A stretch of 24,000 nucleotides of DNA from positions 3,180-27,179 of the forward strand of contig CAUYTZ010000315.1 of NCBI GenBank assembly GCA_963575695.1. Direction: 5' to 3'. The notes beneath the pieces are model-generated. The model did no database searches, was not told the DNA's origin, and saw only the letters and a program-made list of their open reading frames with translations. Below, piece by piece: positions 22,960 to 24,000 of the stretch; position 1 is the stretch's first letter; the number at the start of each line of letters is the position of its first letter. Source of the stretch: an uncultured Gammaproteobacteria bacterium (GTDB lineage: Bacteria; Pseudomonadota; Alphaproteobacteria; Azospirillales; Azospirillaceae). A program made the position numbers and the translations under genes.

Positions 22960-24000
22960 ATGGCCGAGTCTGACTCCCTCTACCACCGGCTGTTCTCGCA
23001 CCCGCTCATGGTCGAGCAACTGGTACGCGAGTTCGTGCCCGAGGCGATGGCGGTCGGATTGGACTTCGCCCGGATGGAGCGGGTTAACGCCAAGTTTTAC
23101 TTTCAGAAGGGCAAACGCCGTGAGGGCGACGTAATTTGGTGTCTGCCGACAAATATGGGTACAGATATTTACTTGTACTTCCTGATCGAATTTCAATCGA
23201 CGATCATTGAGTGGATGAGCGTTCGAACTCAGGTTTATACAGGCATGTTGTGGCAACAGATAATTAATACCAAAAAGCTCAAACGGGGTGACAACCTGCC
23301 GCCCGTCTTACCAATCGTTCTGTATAATGGCGACCAGCGCTGGAATGCGCCACTCAATGTCACTGACTTGATTGATCTTCCACCCAACTCGCCGCTTTGG
23401 CCATGGCAACCGGCTGCGCGCTATTATCTACTCGATGAGGGCGCGTTTCCCAAGGATGATTTGGCCCGCAGGGAAACCCTGACGGCATTATTGTTCCGTT
23501 TGGAACACTGCCATCACCTTGATGATCTGGTCGGCTTGATCGACGAGGTGCTTGGTTGGTTCCGATGCCATCCCGGTTACGACGCACTGAAGCAGTTATT
23601 TACCGAGGTGGTGGCCCAATCCGCCCAAGACATGGGCGGTCAGGATGAAGTTAAAATTCCCGATGACTTGTTGGAGGTCCGGAATATGTTGGCAACCCGT
23701 ACTCAGGTTTGGAAACAGCAACTGGTGGCCGAGGGCAAGGCCGAGGGCAAGGCTGAGGGCAAGGCTGAGGGCAAGGCTGAGGGCAAGGCTGAGGGCAAGG
23801 CTGAGGGCAAGGCTGAGGGCGAGACCGTGGGCAAAGCGAACATGCTCCTTCGCCAGATTCACCGCCGCTTTAAGACGCTCCCCTCCGGTCTTGAGGATCG
23901 AATTCGGGCCGCAAGTGCCGACCAGTTGGACGCGTGGAGCGAGCGTTTTGCTGATGGCCTTTCGCCAACCGAAATCTTCGGCCTCGATCTGCCGCACTGA
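22960..24000 (+). CDS. Rpn/YhgA-like recombination-promoting nuclease / putative transposase (PD-(D/E)xK family)
   Basis: The N-terminus SLYHRLFSHPLMVEQLVREFVP and the core GDVIWCLP...IYLYFLIEFQS...LPPVLPIVLYNGDQRW are typical of the Rpn/transposase_31 family. ATG 22960 follows AAGGAAG. The stop TGA is at 23998-24000. The C-terminal region contains an (AEGK)7 repeat. Confidence 0.85.
   Translation: MAESDSLYHRLFSHPLMVEQLVREFVPEAMAVGLDFARMERVNAKFYFQKGKRREGDVIWCLPTNMGTDIYLYFLIEFQSTIIEWMSVRTQVYTGMLWQQIINTKKLKRGDNLPPVLPIVLYNGDQRWNAPLNVTDLIDLPPNSPLWPWQPAARYYLLDEGAFPKDDLARRETLTALLFRLEHCHHLDDLVGLIDEVLGWFRCHPGYDALKQLFTEVVAQSAQDMGGQDEVKIPDDLLEVRNMLATRTQVWKQQLVAEGKAEGKAEGKAEGKAEGKAEGKAEGKAEGETVGKANMLLRQIHRRFKTLPSGLEDRIRAASADQLDAWSERFADGLSPTEIFGLDLPH
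23728..23826 (+). repeat. 12-bp tandem repeat GAGGGCAAGGC(T/C) x7 plus a partial copy, encoding (AEGK)n inside the rpn-like gene
   Basis: Read directly. Units begin at 23731, 23743, 23755, 23767, 23779, 23791 and 23803, with a degenerate unit at 23815. Confidence 0.95.

Noticed and set aside
22855-23256. 133-aa minus-strand ORF
   Set aside because: It is the antisense shadow of the Rpn-like gene.
23728-23826. Possible CRISPR-like array
   Set aside because: The units are 12 bp and contiguous with no spacers, in frame and inside a coding gene. It is a coding microsatellite, not a CRISPR array.
23596-23997. 133-aa minus-strand ORF with (LSLA)n
   Set aside because: It is the antisense reading of the (AEGK)n repeat region of the Rpn-like gene.
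1-24000. tRNA, rRNA or other structured RNA genes (often flanking magnetosome islands)
   Set aside because: I saw no cloverleaf-compatible or rRNA-like segment in any intergenic region. A tRNAscan/Infernal run would be needed to exclude small RNAs.

Overview
Most of this window (about 1-22,300) reads as a magnetosome gene cluster from a magnetotactic bacterium. The gene order suggests an alphaproteobacterium. GC is high overall, with AT-rich patches. All family calls come from motif reading and from Mam/Mms sequences recalled from memory; no database search was possible.

Gene content, left to right:
- A minus-strand mamGFDC-like unit: an Mms6/MamG-type Leu-Gly-repeat gene, an orphan 71-aa membrane ORF, and mamD, which is truncated at the left window edge.
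- An accessory stretch of unassignable genes: a Zn-ribbon/TM/peptidoglycan-binding-like protein, a multi-TM coiled-coil protein, and a hemerythrin in AT-rich DNA.
- A tight three-gene plus-strand operon of long coiled-coil proteins, two of them membrane-anchored. One carries a 243-bp in-frame tandem duplication.
- A minus-strand mamP-A-Q-R-B-S-T block with ATGA-type overlaps.
- A MamM-like CDF transporter transcribed divergently from mamP, where mamM-N-O would normally lie.
- A short gene remnant, then two tandem CZB-only (zinc-binding sensor domain) proteins.
- A five-gene minus-strand unit: feoA, feoB, a FeoB-associated Cys-rich peptide, a PF03773-type metal permease, and an FNR-type regulator.
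- An mms6-mmsF pair with an AT-rich promoter region.
- An Rpn/YhgA-like nuclease-transposase gene carrying a 12-bp (AEGK)n tandem repeat, possibly an island border.

I saw no rRNA, tRNA or CRISPR.

Most worth follow-up: the unassigned coiled-coil operon, the feo-permease-FNR linkage, the unusual context upstream of mamP, and recurring short motifs in several promoter regions.
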